Below, one piece after another: positions 25,451 through 39,100 of a stretch of DNA of 64,000 bases. The notes under the pieces were generated by a model. That model was not told where the DNA came from. It saw only the letters and a program-made list of their open reading frames with translations, and searched no databases. Numbering within the stretch: position 1 is the stretch's first letter; each line of letters starts with the position of its first letter. The DNA lies in NCBI GenBank assembly GCA_036172245.1, contig JAYWIR010000031.1, positions 992,001 through 1,056,000 of the forward strand, given 5' to 3'. Made by a program: the position numbers and the translations under genes. Origin of the DNA: Raillietiella orientalis (lineage: Eukaryota).

Positions 25451-26350
25451 AGATTTCCGTGGATCGCTCTGTTCGATGTTTAGATCGGCCGATCCCGAAC
25501 GGCTCCCTTTCGCGATTCGACTTGCCTCCCAGATGCGCAAATTGTCTTCCCCGCAGCACAGAAGGACTCGTTCCCCCCGAAACCGCATTCATCTGCAACT
25601 CAATCCTATCAAAATGGAGGCGGCAGCAGCCCAAACATGTACTTGTTCGCAGTAGGCCTCCCTGGCGAAAGAGAGTGCTTGCTGTCCAGGTTCTTCCCCT
25701 TCCGGAAATATTCCCCGGAGCGGCAGTGAGACAATCGCTTTTCAATCGCGTCTGCAGCAGTGCCGGGTTCGTGCCGAGAACGGGGGGGACATTCCGTTCT
25801 CACCCCTCCCGCGCGAACGAACTCTTCCCACCCACGATTCAAATTCAGCGTAAGAGAAGCTGGGAGATTCCGTGGATGCCCGGAGCAAGTCTCCGGGAAC
25901 GGTCACAGAAGCGTGCGATGCAGGCCAGCAGGTGGTCACCGGGACACTTGAAAAAAAAAAAAAAAAAAACAACGACTTCCACCCTCAGGTACCACAGCCA
26001 GCAAGTTAAGGGGGGGAGGGGGAAATGTAGAGGATGCAGTGTCTGGCTTAATAGGAATGATGGATTTCCGTATCAGAGTCCTCAGCTGGAAGCGTATGGA
26101 ACGGCAAGCAGTCCATGGAGGAGGCATCGGGATTTCCATTGCACTCAAATTGAGAATTTTAATCCCTACTAGTGAAGAAGATGCAGCGCACTGGAAGAAG
26201 GATACAAGAATTTGTTGTAGAAGTTTAGAGGAACGCTCCTTAGAATGCTATTGGAAGTGAAGAAGTCGACTTTGTCTTAAGAGAACAAGGATCGCATAAA
26301 GAGGAGGAGAGGCGTATGTATGGACGACTCGTTTGAGGCTAACATCGATA

Positions 26351-26372
26351 CGCATAGGATGAACGGGAATGA
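26351..26372 (+). repeat. 22-bp exact dispersed repeat, copy 1 (cgcataggatgaacgggaatga)
   Basis: Identical to 32187..32208. Both copies are preceded by ctaac...gat. Confidence 0.85.
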
Positions 26373-26403
26373 TGCACCTAGGAAACACATCCACATAGCT
26401 TAC

Positions 26404-26415
26404 GAGGATCCACAT
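26404..26415 (-). CDS. Gene B, putative first coding exon (MWIL)
   Basis: ATG TGG ATC CTC|GTAAGC, phase 0, completes the signal peptide MWILASLVIVSCLAFLTSIAYS. A first intron after about 4 codons is common in arthropod cuticular protein genes. Another in-frame ATG lies at 26475, and a nearer donor at 24776 lacks an in-frame ATG. Confidence 0.4.
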
Positions 26416-29400
26416 CCACCCGCTTTTCAGAATTCGCAAACGAGGATTGAATTTCAGCACCCGTGAGGTATACATTGCAAAATAAAGTCAACGGAGGGGT
26501 GAAGTGTGCCACAGAAGGCCATGGACGGCGAGCAGAAAGGGGAATCACCGAAACACAACGGAATAAGCACACGTCACGCACGGATCTCTTCTTACTGTAT
26601 GCCATTTCTCTGCACACTTTTAATTACGGCAGCCTCGTGAAAATTAGGGCGCGCTCGGATCGTCGGGATGCACGACTTGGGTTCGTCTCCCGAGCCGGAG
26701 ACGCCGCTCCATCCGGTCCCTCGCCCCCGTGTGCTCAAAATGCTGCGTCGAGATGCTGGAGAGAAACCTCCGCGGATCAGACGGAGCTCGGAGCAGCGGC
26801 GTGCGAGAATGACGCGGCTGTTCATTCAGGTTGCGCTCGGAGACGGCTCCGAAGAGATCATACGTGCAGGAACGGATGAGGGAAAATGCGTTTGCGTCAC
26901 TGCACCATTTCACCTCCCAGCACGTTGCACTTGGCGCACTTTTCGTAAGGCACGTCTAGCGTTTCGAAAAGTAGACCGCTCCGCTCGTTTCCCCTCCTTC
27001 CTCTTCTTGCTTCCTGAAGATGCCCGCTGAGAACGGCTGACAGATTTTTCAAGAACCCATTCATCCGTTTTCATGTTCCACGGGAATATCTTAAAGTTTG
27101 TGACCAAAGGTCAGTAAACTTCGAAGCCTTATGGCTAACCAATAGTTGGATTGTGGAATTCCTAACGGTCAGCAAAGTCCGATCCGCCTAAAGGTCTGCG
27201 TATACAAGAAGAAGTAACGGTGCGAAATTAAATAAATCTTCTGAATTACGGAAGGGCAATTAAGTTTTCATCTCCAGCGCACGTGATCTGGCATTTCCAC
27301 CTTTGAGCTGGTGGCTGTCGGCTCAAAACAGCCGGATCACAAAGGGAAGGATGAGGACTCTGAGCTCAGCATGTTGCTGGCGTGTGGTCAGATGAACGCG
27401 ACGCGGATGCGAAGGCCCCACGTAAAAATCGAGGAGCTTCGCAGACGATCCTACGCTCATCGTGAAGGCAGATGTGAAAAGAAATCATGATGAGAGCGTG
27501 TGCTAGATTTCTGAATCACTCGAGGGTGTTACGTGACGGCCCTGTGAATGCGATACGCAAAAGATTAGTACTTGATCATTCTAAGCAATAATCAACCTAC
27601 TTTCGATTAAGAGTGATACCGCTGACCTAAATTACAGTGTGTGTATCCTTGTACTATGATTATACACTTTATACAATCGGCTTGCGTATTTTTTATGGGT
27701 ACGAACCGTGCTCGGTGCAATGTCTTGAACTTCCCTCCCTCCCTCCCCCCTCCCTTAAAAAAAAGAAAAAAAAAAAAAAAACACGCGTCAGAAAGATTTG
27801 ATTTTATCTGGGATCACTGAAATGCTCGGTGGAATGCAAGAGGCCCCATGGCTCATTTGGATTTCGTGTACGAATTCTAACGAAAGATGTCTTCTGGGCA
27901 GCTCCCCTTTTCACGTTCCCGGTCATAGCTTTTGCTCGGCAACTTGGTACGAATCCGTTTCTTCCGTATCACAGGAAGTACGTGCCTTTAATATTTTCTA
28001 CGGAGCAGATGAAAATTCTCACAAATGAATTCTAGCTCTTTCTTTCTTTCTTTATTTATTTAAAAAAAAAAAAAAAAAAAAAAAAAACGGAATACATTCA
28101 AGCAAGCTGCATCATAGCACTAGGCATCCATCTGATAATCTCCAGATATTCGAAGCGAGGGTCCCATGGCCAACTATAACACAAGTCCGAAGCTCAGGAT
28201 AGAGCCTTTCCGCGAATTGATTTTGCAAATAGATGTGCCCACCGACGCACGTGTGGAAAAGGAGGTTCTTTTTCCCTTCTAAAACTCTACGTGAAATAGC
28301 TCGTGCGTTCACGAATCCAGAAGCGGTGCACACACACGCGCGAAAACACTCTATCACTTACTTACTCTACATTTCGAAAGAAAAATCATCTCCACATACC
28401 TTCATTCTCAGTTGGATTCGTCACACTACTTCGCCAACATTAGTGGAACTAACTCTATTCCCTCTTCCGTCTGCTTGTACTTAAGACGAACTGGATTTAA
28501 ATTTAATGGATGTAACATAGAAAAATCCTCGTTTATAAAGACCTGTGTAGTCCGGGGCAGGAAGTATACCAGTGACGCCTCGAACTCATCAAAAGAAATG
28601 TCTCTATACGCCAATAGGAATTGGCTCTACGGAGAACTGACCAAACCCACACTGTTTTGAACAAGGTGGCCTAAATTTCCAACTTTGGTCAAATAAGCAA
28701 AACGAAAATTTGTTTAAGATCAATTATCAGAACATCAATCCTTTCTCAATGGACGGATCCGTACGATGCGGGGAATCGCATTTTGTGGAAAATGTGTGGT
28801 TCGTGCCATTTGCGAGCTGATTGGGACATAATTACTGGAGACGAGTGGAAACGCCAAAAGTAGCTCGTCTAAAGTGTAAGAAAATCTCCGGCCATAAATA
28901 ACAGTATAGTAAAACTATCATATACTACATCAGGGCAGCACATTACTTTACCCCGTGAGAAAAAGGAATCCATTCATATTTCCGAAACAGTGTCACAGAT
29001 GACCCGAAATTGCATCCTTGCTCTTCCGGAATTTAATTGATCAATTAATAAAGTATAAAACGCATGCAAATACACACCACAGGCAATTCGAAAGCATTCA
29101 GTACTATGCAGCTGTGGACGGCAGATTATTTTTTTAAGGTGGGACAGAAGGATGCTGGCAAGCGAAACGAGTAAAACGGTCCTCTAATTGATAAAGGAGG
29201 CTGCAGCAAAAATTAAGTTCCTCCTTCAGCCGACCTGGGGCTGTTTCCGATTTTCAAGGATTCGGAAAATCCGAAGCTCGGGTCTCTCGCAGAAGTACCG
29301 TACGTACAGAAACGGATGGACGCAATGCTGACGAAATGCAGGGCTGCCTCTCGATTCCATGCTGAGCATATCTGGCGCGCCAGCTACTTCCTCAAATTAA

Positions 29401-29634
29401 CATTATCGCTAATGTGAAAGGAATGTTAGCTGATGAAGAATAACACGTTTTTCGTCCAGCCGAGCTGAAAACTAAGCTTTCCTTAGCAGACTTTCTACTG
29501 AGAAAGAGATGGATGCCACTGGTTTTGTGACGAGCCAAGCGGATATCCGTCTTTGAGATCTCGAGGAATGTAATACTGTGATCTGCGTCGATTCTTTCAC
29601 TGTTAAAAGGGAAGGAAAAGCGGACGGTGGTGCC

Positions 29635-29679
<45 letters not shown>
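29635..29679. repeat. (TTA)15 microsatellite
   Basis: Direct observation. It explains the poly-Leu/poly-Ile ORFs at 29578..29856 and 29603..29842. Confidence 0.97.
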
Positions 29680-29681
<2 letters not shown>

Positions 29682-32186
29682 TTGCGAAAAAAGGAGAGGA
29701 TTGAGGTTTTCAAGTTTTCACATGAGGTTTTTAATTTTCCGTGATGAAGTATTCCAGGTGGGAAAAGGCCGTCAAGGATTCTGTAGGATTCTGAATGCAT
29801 GGGGTCGAAGCGGCGTCCCGACGTCTTTCCTGATGTCTCCACGATTCCATCTGTAAGGAAGCAAAGCGCAGTGTGAAAAAATGGGTTTTACAAAGGTAAG
29901 GGCATTCATAAATTCGAAATCCCAGCTTGGATACATTTCCTGCAATGCAATCCATCTCCAATTATTCGGAGGAGGAAACTACATGCAGTGTATGATCATC
30001 TATGGGAAACACAAATAAATAAAGTGATGGAAAAAAATTAATAGTGATAACCTGACTAATGTCAGGAATGAACTGATTTTTTTTTTTTTTTATTTGTTAA
30101 ATTTCACACGGCACATTTGCCAATTGCTTGGGGATATTTCTCAAAAATAAAAATGAAAAAAAAAAAAAAAAATAAAACGTCCCATATCAACCGGTTCCAA
30201 TGACTTGTTTTCCATTAGATGCCAAAATCCACGAGCAATGCAATCAAGACTGGTCCACTTCCTCTCTTCTTGCAGGGAGCAGAAAAACGTGCATGAGGCC
30301 GAGCTCAACCTGAGCTCTTCGGATATCAAACGCAGCCTCAAGTTGCATCGTTCATCTTTTTACTACCTGAATCTGCAATTTAGTGTGAAGCGGTATGAGG
30401 AGTCATCCCATGCGCTCTTCCTCTTGCCGAATGAAAACGAAGGATTCTGGAAATCCTTTGTTTCAATTCGACAGCCTCCAGAGGAAGCTGTAGGATTGTT
30501 TGTGCTTCCTTATCGAGCTGAAGCTGCGCCCTCATGTTGACTCTGAAGCCGTGTCAAGAAACTTCACAAGCGATGGTTTGCACTAAAAAAAATGCGAATT
30601 TTCTTCCGCAAGTGCCACCGAGCACTCCATGCTAACTTCATGGAACAGATGGTTTCCAGTTTCCTGGTGGTAGGAAAAGCCCCTCAGAGTTTTGTTTCCG
30701 AAACTCGAAAGGATTTAACCTTAATCATAACAGCTATAATTTTTGTTGCAGTTGACCTAAAATAATGTCTCTCAACTGTTGGTATCCCTTCTTAACTGCC
30801 TTATGCTATGCTTTAAAGATGAGGAGCATTTTCCGAACGAGTCTACGACTGCATCTTCGTTTGGAGTCTGCCTCTGGACCAGATTCAGCAGTTAATGTGA
30901 ACTTCATGTGATGATAGGAAAGCACCTAGGTTTCCAGGCATCCCTGAGAGGCTTCGCCGCAAACTGGGTTTGCGTTGGAATTTGAGCAGGATAGGAGGGA
31001 GAACCAACGGATTTGGCATACAAAGATGACTTGGAAGGCACCACGAAGAGGGCATACATCCGTTTCAGTATCTCAAACCTTCAGTTTGAAGCGTTTCTTT
31101 GTTTGACTAAGTTCACTGTGGTGCTTGCTGGAATGTCTGCTTTCATTCGTCAGCACGATGAAATCTAAAAGAGATTTCTAAACCCATTTTGGCATATTCT
31201 GGTCCTATCCGCCTCCACAAGTTTCTCACAATGCTGGACAAACTCTTTTCCATTTTAGAGCCTCTCGTGGAGTCATCTCGGCTCTGGGAAATTACCGTAC
31301 CTTTGTGCTCTTGGCATCGTGCTGCTGCTCGTCCTTCAGTTCTTCGAACGAGCAGCAAAACAAGAAGAGTGTTCTTCGAGATGGGGAAGATCGACGTGAT
31401 GCGCAAAGTCAGACTTGTGCACGAACAGTGATCCCGCGGCTGTAACTGAAAACACCTTAAGCAATGTTTATGTTATAAACTATTGCTTAAACTATATCAG
31501 GTATTTCTTTGATGCTTCCAGTATTATTAATGAATATTTCTACTACAAAGTTCATTAATTCTCTCCAGCTTAGTTGGAAAGGGTTGATCATGGCTTAAAA
31601 TCAGATTTATGGATTGGAGAGTTTCATTTCTTCGAACCTACAGTATTTGGTTGGGAGTCATCCTTGGTGCCCTAGGTAGCAGTTTTTCCCCATTCCATCT
31701 CCGCAGTTTATTCAGAGCATTAAGACTGAATTGGAAGCTGTGCTTAGATGTTTCGTAAATTCGGATAGCATCATAATAGCAGAAACTCTGGCTTTGTTTG
31801 AATAAACCTTTTATTTTGAGTTTCAGCCAGAGTGCTTTCATTGAGTTCACTCAAAAGTGCTCCTCATTCCAAGAGGAAATTCCATTATGTTCCTGGAAGA
31901 AAAAAAAAAAAAAAAAAAGTATAAGAGGATGGCTGTCACTAATTTGGTACTCCTGAAAGCCGCGTTTCCGTTTGAGTGCTGACCTTTATGGACAACCAGT
32001 GAAGTCATGTCATCTTTCCAATAAGATGCTTCTTCCTCATGAAAACACCCTCTTCAAATGCTTACTCTCAGCATAACCTTTCAATTTTACATTTTTTTAC
32101 TTTTTCCTTCTGTATCTTGGGCTTTACATACTTGCGTGGGAGTGCGATTCAGGAAAAAGTGAGAGAGACCTCTAACGAAGAAGATG

Positions 32187-32208
32187 CGCATAGGATGAAC
32201 GGGAATGA
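32187..32208 (+). repeat. 22-bp exact dispersed repeat, copy 2
   Basis: Identical to 26351..26372. Confidence 0.85.
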
Positions 32209-35200
32209 CCTGTACGGTTCTATAGGTTCGTGTATGAGAATCAATGTACCATGAAGAAACTTCGAGGCCTGAAAGGGTCACTGAGATGTTCCTAGGAAAT
32301 CCTCTGCATTTTTCATATTACAGGGGAACTGCCGTTATTCGTGCAGGTTACTTGGAGAGATGTAAGTGGCAATTACTTTTCTCAGCTCGTGGACTCACTG
32401 CTTGGACTGAATTGGCTATGTTAGCGCCAATGAAGTTGGAATGGCTTTCTTTTTTTTTTTTGGTTTGCAGTCTTTTCACTGACGTACTTTGCTCGTAATC
32501 TGTCGATTTACGTGGGCGATTGAAACGCAAGAAACCCTTGAAAATCATAGGGTGTTAACGGATTATTCTCTCTCAAGTGAGAAAAAAAACTCAACACTTC
32601 TCTGGTCATTCATACATGTAGTTAACAACTGTCTCTCCATTCATTGCTTCTCTCATTTGAAGAGCAACCGCAGATGTGCAGATAAGCAAATCAGTTCACT
32701 ATTTCTGGAATGTTCTTTCGTCGTTCAGAGATATGCAAATCATACATAACTTTCAAAAGCATTCAGTGGATAGATTTTGTCGATTCCACAAGTGCTGAAT
32801 TTTTTCTCACTTGTGCAGTGAAACGCGGCTTTATGAAATGCAATTCATCCCCATCTTGCATTTTATCATTTTCAAGAGTTTGTCGTAGTGAGGCTGAACA
32901 TCTGGAACCGATATGAACCTTATTTTCCTTCCTATAAATTGACAAAAAAGAAACAACTTCCTCGTTTTCAGCCCAACCTAATTTTACACACATTTGCGGA
33001 TCAGTGCATTCGAATTTGCTGATATTGAAATATCTCAATTTCCTGATCAAATACTTCGGCACTCTACACATCCTCTTGTGCTGAGAATTTTCCACTTTGC
33101 CGCCGAAAGCCCAAGCAGCTCCGCTCAAGCGTTATGAGTTGCACACCTCATGGCGTCAACTGAAGCAGATGCTGCTTGGATAAATCTGCGAAACATCGAG
33201 ACTGCGGCAGCTTATCTCGTCGAGAGCGTTACACGTAAAAGTCAGGACCTTCGGCTCCTGTGTTTCTTAAAACGGAAACAACTTCAAATAAAGCAAGCAC
33301 GTGATGTGAGATGACTAAGATACGGTCTCGACTCTTGGAAAAATCCTCAAGCTGGAAGACAAACAAGATAGAAAACAGGCTCCAGTCCGAAAGCAAAAGA
33401 AGTGAGGATCTTTGGCATTCCGGCATCTCGAATTCTCTCATTTCCAATCCCACATTCGTTGCATCTGCGAAGAAATGGTCTCTGAGGCTGATGTCGATAA
33501 GTTTGACCCTTTTCCAAGGCAAATCTCGTTTTCATTTCCTTGAAAAAGAAAGCACTTTGAGCGAGAATTTCCTACTCACTCGGAAATAGTAGGCGATCCT
33601 TTGCTCCACTCCTGAATGCAAACTGCGGTGGTTTTCCATAAGAATTCATAAGCAGGAGAGCAGTTGGCTTTTAGAAATGCAAGAAATGCCATCTGAAATC
33701 CTGAATGTTGATTAGGCAGAAATACTGCTCGTCTCTCGATGATTCTGGATGGGTTGGAGAGGAACGATGCTGAAGAAATACGGAAAATGCTCCCTGTTGG
33801 TCGCTATTTGGGCACATTTCTCCTGCCGACTTCAGGTGGACCAGGGAATCGAATGAAATAATTTCGGGGTTCCTGATCAGTTCTTTCGAAACAGCAAAGT
33901 GTGTGTGAGCCAATAAGCTCGAAACGCCGAAAACGTCAAGGGTGAGAGACGCTGACTTGAGGAGAGGTGCGGTGTCCACATCGGCGGTCGGTAGCACTTC
34001 CTGTTCACGTCAAAAACTCCAAAATGTTTGGAGGCACCAAACAGACGCGTGGCAAACAAAAGTTCTGGAAACTATTCCTCTGTGCCGTAGCATCTGGGGA
34101 GCGCCAGATCGCGAGGTGTCTGTAACAGTTTTAAGGACAGGCGGCATCTGAATATATCCAAATTTACTCTCGAAGCGGTTCTTTTCGCCTTCTCGATCGG
34201 GACAAAAAAAAAAAAATGCGCAGATGTTGAGAGGTCACAGAGCAGTTCCCATTAATAAAGCTCAGACAACTCTGAGGAAGTACACCAGAAAAGCTGTTAG
34301 CGGATCCTTCGAAAAGCAGCGCTGGCAAGTCTCGTACAAGCAAGGCTCCTTCAGATGAATGAACGTATTACCTCAATTTTTTGTACCTCAGAACCAATAG
34401 AAAAAAGGACCGGAAATTCTTTCCTTATTTTGCAGGAGTATTCCGGAAGATTCTGTAATGCTGGGTTTCAGACTGTGCCACGTTGGGGCTTTGAAGACGC
34501 GTGACTTTGCTCAGACTGGTGGAGTAGACCGATCTCAAAAATTCAATTATTTGTACATTGCAGGAGTCTTCTACTGCTATCCTTTCCAAAATGGGGGCCT
34601 TTCCAATCAAGTGCCAATGTCCTGAGCGTCCGGCTGTACTCCCATATTCTGGGACGCCTTTTTCATGAGATCTTCGATCGAAAGATAAGTCTTTCTCGCC
34701 TTTTTTTCCAGATGTACATTTCCACGCATGTTTCGAAGCTCCTCTGCTCTTTCAAGCGTAGTAGAGACTCGGCATCCAGTGGCATTTTTCAGAAATTATA
34801 AACTGCTTCATGTCCTGAAGCTTCTTCCATCTCGCGAATCGTTGATTTGCTATTTGTTTCCGTGCTTTCTGCATTTCGCTCATGCAACTACACTGATTGC
34901 TCCTTTTTCGTTTTGGATCATGTGACAAGATACTTGCAATTATTAGGAAGAAGCTTTCTACTGTTCTTCGGAGTCTGCGGTCCACACGCGATTGTGCAGC
35001 GCTTCTTCCGCAATCAGGTTGCATTCCGGCTTAAACAATCCAATGTGATCCCTCTCTTCCGATGCTCCAGGATTGTGCAAAATTGCTTCACACTGTTTTG
35101 TCTCTACACCGACTTGAGATTAAAATTTCAGGCCGTTTTGATCCACGCTCTCCACTATGCGGCCGACATATTAATGAATGCGTGGTTGCAATTAATGAAT

Positions 35201-36076
35201 CCATGGGTTCACATTTTTCGTTCGTTTTGCATCTGAAGCATCCTTTCTCGGGCGTTTCTGCCTTTTCCGTGAGCATGCGTGTACTGAGGTGAACTGCAAA
35301 TCTTATGCAAAACTTTAGGAAACTTTTAAGATGTAGTTTTGCGTGCTATAATTCAGTTTTCTTTCTTGCTGGACCCTTCACGCACATTGAATTCCGAAAT
35401 TCACGAAGTACATCATATAATTTCAAAAGTGCATTATGAAGAAACGGATCCGTTTTTTTCCGACTCCCAAAAGGCACGGTGTTTCATGAAGGAATTTGAA
35501 ATGTATATAAATTATATGAACAAATTTTGTAGCACCTAATCACTCTGCGATGACTGCTTCAGATATGTTTGTTGGATCACTAGCAATCATGAGGAATGAC
35601 TCCGCAAAAATGAGAGCTTTTTTAATTTGAAGTCCATCATCGGTGACTTCATATTTTATTCTTTATGTAAAGAGCAGAGATCTAAATTTTCAAGAAAGTC
35701 TACCGTATCTAAGACGTCCTCTAAGGAATTCAACGAGAAGTATAAAGCACAGACTTAAGTGTCTTGCAAATCTAAAAATCTTATTAATCAGACCAATTAA
35801 AAACTTCAACTTCAGAATTAAATGGTACAAAAAAATGACTCTTCAGTACTCTGAGAAAATTCTCCTGTTGGCGCTTGTTAACCTGGAATTTCCAGATCAC
35901 TGAAATTGAATCGAATTGAATTGAAACCATAATTAGAGATTGCGCCAATCATCAATACCCTTGAGATTAAAATCAGGGAAGCACCGGCGATCTCGAGCCA
36001 TTTTCACTTCCAGCCATCTCCAAGGGAGATTTCGGGGATCTGCGACGAAAGTGTTAGCTCGGGAATCCAAGCAAAA

Positions 36077-36116
36077 ATGCATTCCCCCCCCCCCCAAAAG
36101 GGGGGGGGGGATGCAT
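36077..36116. repeat. Inverted repeat ATGCAT-T-C12-AAAA-G11-ATGCAT
   Basis: Near-perfect palindrome with a 4-nt loop, read directly from the sequence. Confidence 0.85.
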
Positions 36117-39100
36117 AACTGGGATCAGCTGAATTCGATGCTAACGAACAAGAGCTCACTTGAGAATTTCGGGTTTGTTCGTATCTTATTTTCTATCCCT
36201 TCTGCTGTTTCCTTTCTTGGTACAGTGAGCGTGTAAGAAGATTTGAAAAACAGGATCGGGGATAACAGTCTGAATGCTCATTGCGATGGATGAAACTGAA
36301 GAGCCTGAGTGATCCACTTGATACTTTTTCAGCACCATTCAGGTAGAACCTCCGGGATTTCTGTGTGCGAAAAGACTACTTTCGTGCCTGCAAGGAAAAA
36401 GGAAAACTGATGAACAGAAACGCGAAGATGCGAAGCATCGAGAGAGAGATGCGGAAAACACTGATCGTGCCATCATCCCTTGGCTATGGCGCTTTCTTCA
36501 CGTCTCCCTGCGATTACATTCGAAGGTGCTAGAAAAGGTTCCTCCTGCGATTGCGTCCGAACAGCTGTTCTCCCATCCTGCAGGCAGTATCCTCACGTTT
36601 CGGAAATTCCTTCTGGAGAATTGCTGAACCCAAAGATGTTCACATCTTTCAAAATGAATTTGTCCTTGCGTGCTATATCGAGAGACCTTACGATCCGCTG
36701 ACCTGAGATTCCAAGATGAAACAAGCAAAGGCGGTAATGGAGCTGACTCGACCTCTTACTCGCTTCATAGACGACTCGCACACTAAAGCAAAACATGGCC
36801 GATGTGCTTCGCTATAATCACCGAACGTACTTTTCTATCCCATGATGCATAATCAATAGGTTGTAGATATCCAAATTCCCAAAACTTTACGGTGTTTGGA
36901 AATGTTATGGTGGTATCCAGAATTTCTATAATTTCTCTACGTGCCAGTAAGTCCTTGCGATTATCTGAAATGGACCAGCTGTCCGTAGACCCCATAATTT
37001 GGGGGGGGGGGGGGAATTTCATTGCACGAGTGAATCTACAAGAGAGATCAAACTTCGTGGAGCGCACTCGTCTCACCGTTTGTTCGATGCTTGGCCTCTA
37101 AAATAATCGTCTTTAATTCCCGGTGAGAGCAATTTGAAAAGGTGTCTTCAGATTTCTTCAGAGGCAACTGCTAGGAGATTCGGATGGAAATTCCAATTCT
37201 CCAAAAGTTCCTATCCAAAAGTGCCCACGTGGCATGCTCGCCAATCTACACACCTGTCATCTACCACTGCAAAGACTGGACACAAGTTGCCTTGAATGAG
37301 AAAGTTTACCAAACAAGCTTCTGTCGTGGAACTTCGAAATTGCCCCGGGATAGCTGCTCTCTCTAAGGAAGCCCATGAACAGATGCTGCGATTGAAGGCA
37401 GAGTTCGCACAACTGCATCAACGGGCACATGCCTGTGGATCAATGATTCAGTCAAAAGTTCTACAGCTGGATTGAAAGCTTCCCAGTAAGCCACCTGAGG
37501 AATGCCTCTGCAGTCCCCGATTAGACGGTGGGGCCAATTCACCGGATGAGGGTGCAGTTTGAACAGCTAAAGGAGACGAGGAATTCGGCATGCTCCCGTC
37601 TTCGGTTCCGGATTTTTGTTGTCATGATTCATTCAATGCAGGTGTCCGTTGAAAAATTCCAGATTATGTTTTTCTTATTCATGTAAATCATAAATTATTT
37701 CCAAACGAAGGTGAAATTTTACTCAGCTGGGAACAGATGAATTATTCCTGGCAGCGCAATCTTGGAGTCATCACATGAACACCTTTCTATCTCTTTCCTC
37801 TTTCTCTTAGAAGAAAATATTTCAAGTTACTTTCACTCTGGGGAATCCTCAACAGCTATGTGTCTTTCAAATGGGGAGTTTCCTATCCGTCGCAGCTTGT
37901 TCTATTATTTATCCAGTCACATCGCCTTCAGTAAATCTCCGATAGAAAAGGAAACAAAAAACAACTGGAAGAGGATATTTAGTGAACCTTCGGGGTGTGC
38001 TGAGATTTCGAGCTTGCTCTTTTGTCAGGAGTACTGCAAAAGTCTTTATCATCTCTTGCACTCCCTGTTCTTTATAAAAGCAGACGAATTGCTCGAAACA
38101 CCTTCTAATAAGCGCCTTTCCAGTACCTCAGTGGCTCTCGAAAGAACTCGAACTCTTCTTGAATCGAAGAGGATCTCAGCTCTTCACTAGGCTGAGCTTG
38201 GGAAAAAACTGGTCATGCCTTTTCCTCGTGGCGTGTTTTTACTGACTGCTCGAGCGTACATTGGAAAAGCTGAGAGATGAACACATTTTCCGCCCGCCAC
38301 GCTCCTTTTGAAAGAAAGGAAGACCAGAATTGAATGGACGCCCCAGCTCTGCACGATTCCTCTTCTCTGGTTGACGAAAAGCTATCTCTAGCCTGACTTC
38401 TTGCTGAGGTGGTGGTTGCTTTAAAGGCTAAGTTCACTTGAAGCTGAGCGGGAAGCGTCCAAACCTCTCTCGGACATTACGGCACCGGAAGACGTGAATT
38501 TCCCGTAAAACGTCTGGCTTCTCGATGAGGTACCTCTTCTGCTCCCTAAATCCCGTAGCCTGTGCATCCATTCCTAAACAGCGCATCAGATAGCGCGTAC
38601 CCCATTTATGCGTATTCCACAAAATCGCCCATTCCAGCTGCATCCGGCCCAAAGCCTTCCTCTTCATTCCACATTAGGAGAAATATTACGAGGCTTCCAA
38701 GTTGTCATTCCGTTTAGTTAATGTGGAATGTACTGTTTTCGGATCCATTTATTCCTAGTGGGGGGGCAGATAAATGTCTTCAGATGTTCGGAAGCGCAGC
38801 ACTTGATTCCATACTATCAGCGGTGTCTCCGTATTATAATGGTTGCTTTCTTAGGATGAACAGAAAAAAAAGGATCCTATTTACAGGGACTTGGAAGAAA
38901 GCACTGGAAAACTCACCTCAGAAACCTGAAATTCTTCTGAAGAATAATTTCTGATGACTTGTGAAGTTACATCGGCTGTCTTCAACCCTGGATGGCAGCG
39001 TAATCTCCGGTTCGCATGGACTTTCGGACCGTCAGAGATCAGACGTACATCCTGCAGGTTCCTTGCGCTGCTCACAAGTGACCCAGATTCTCCTCCGCGC

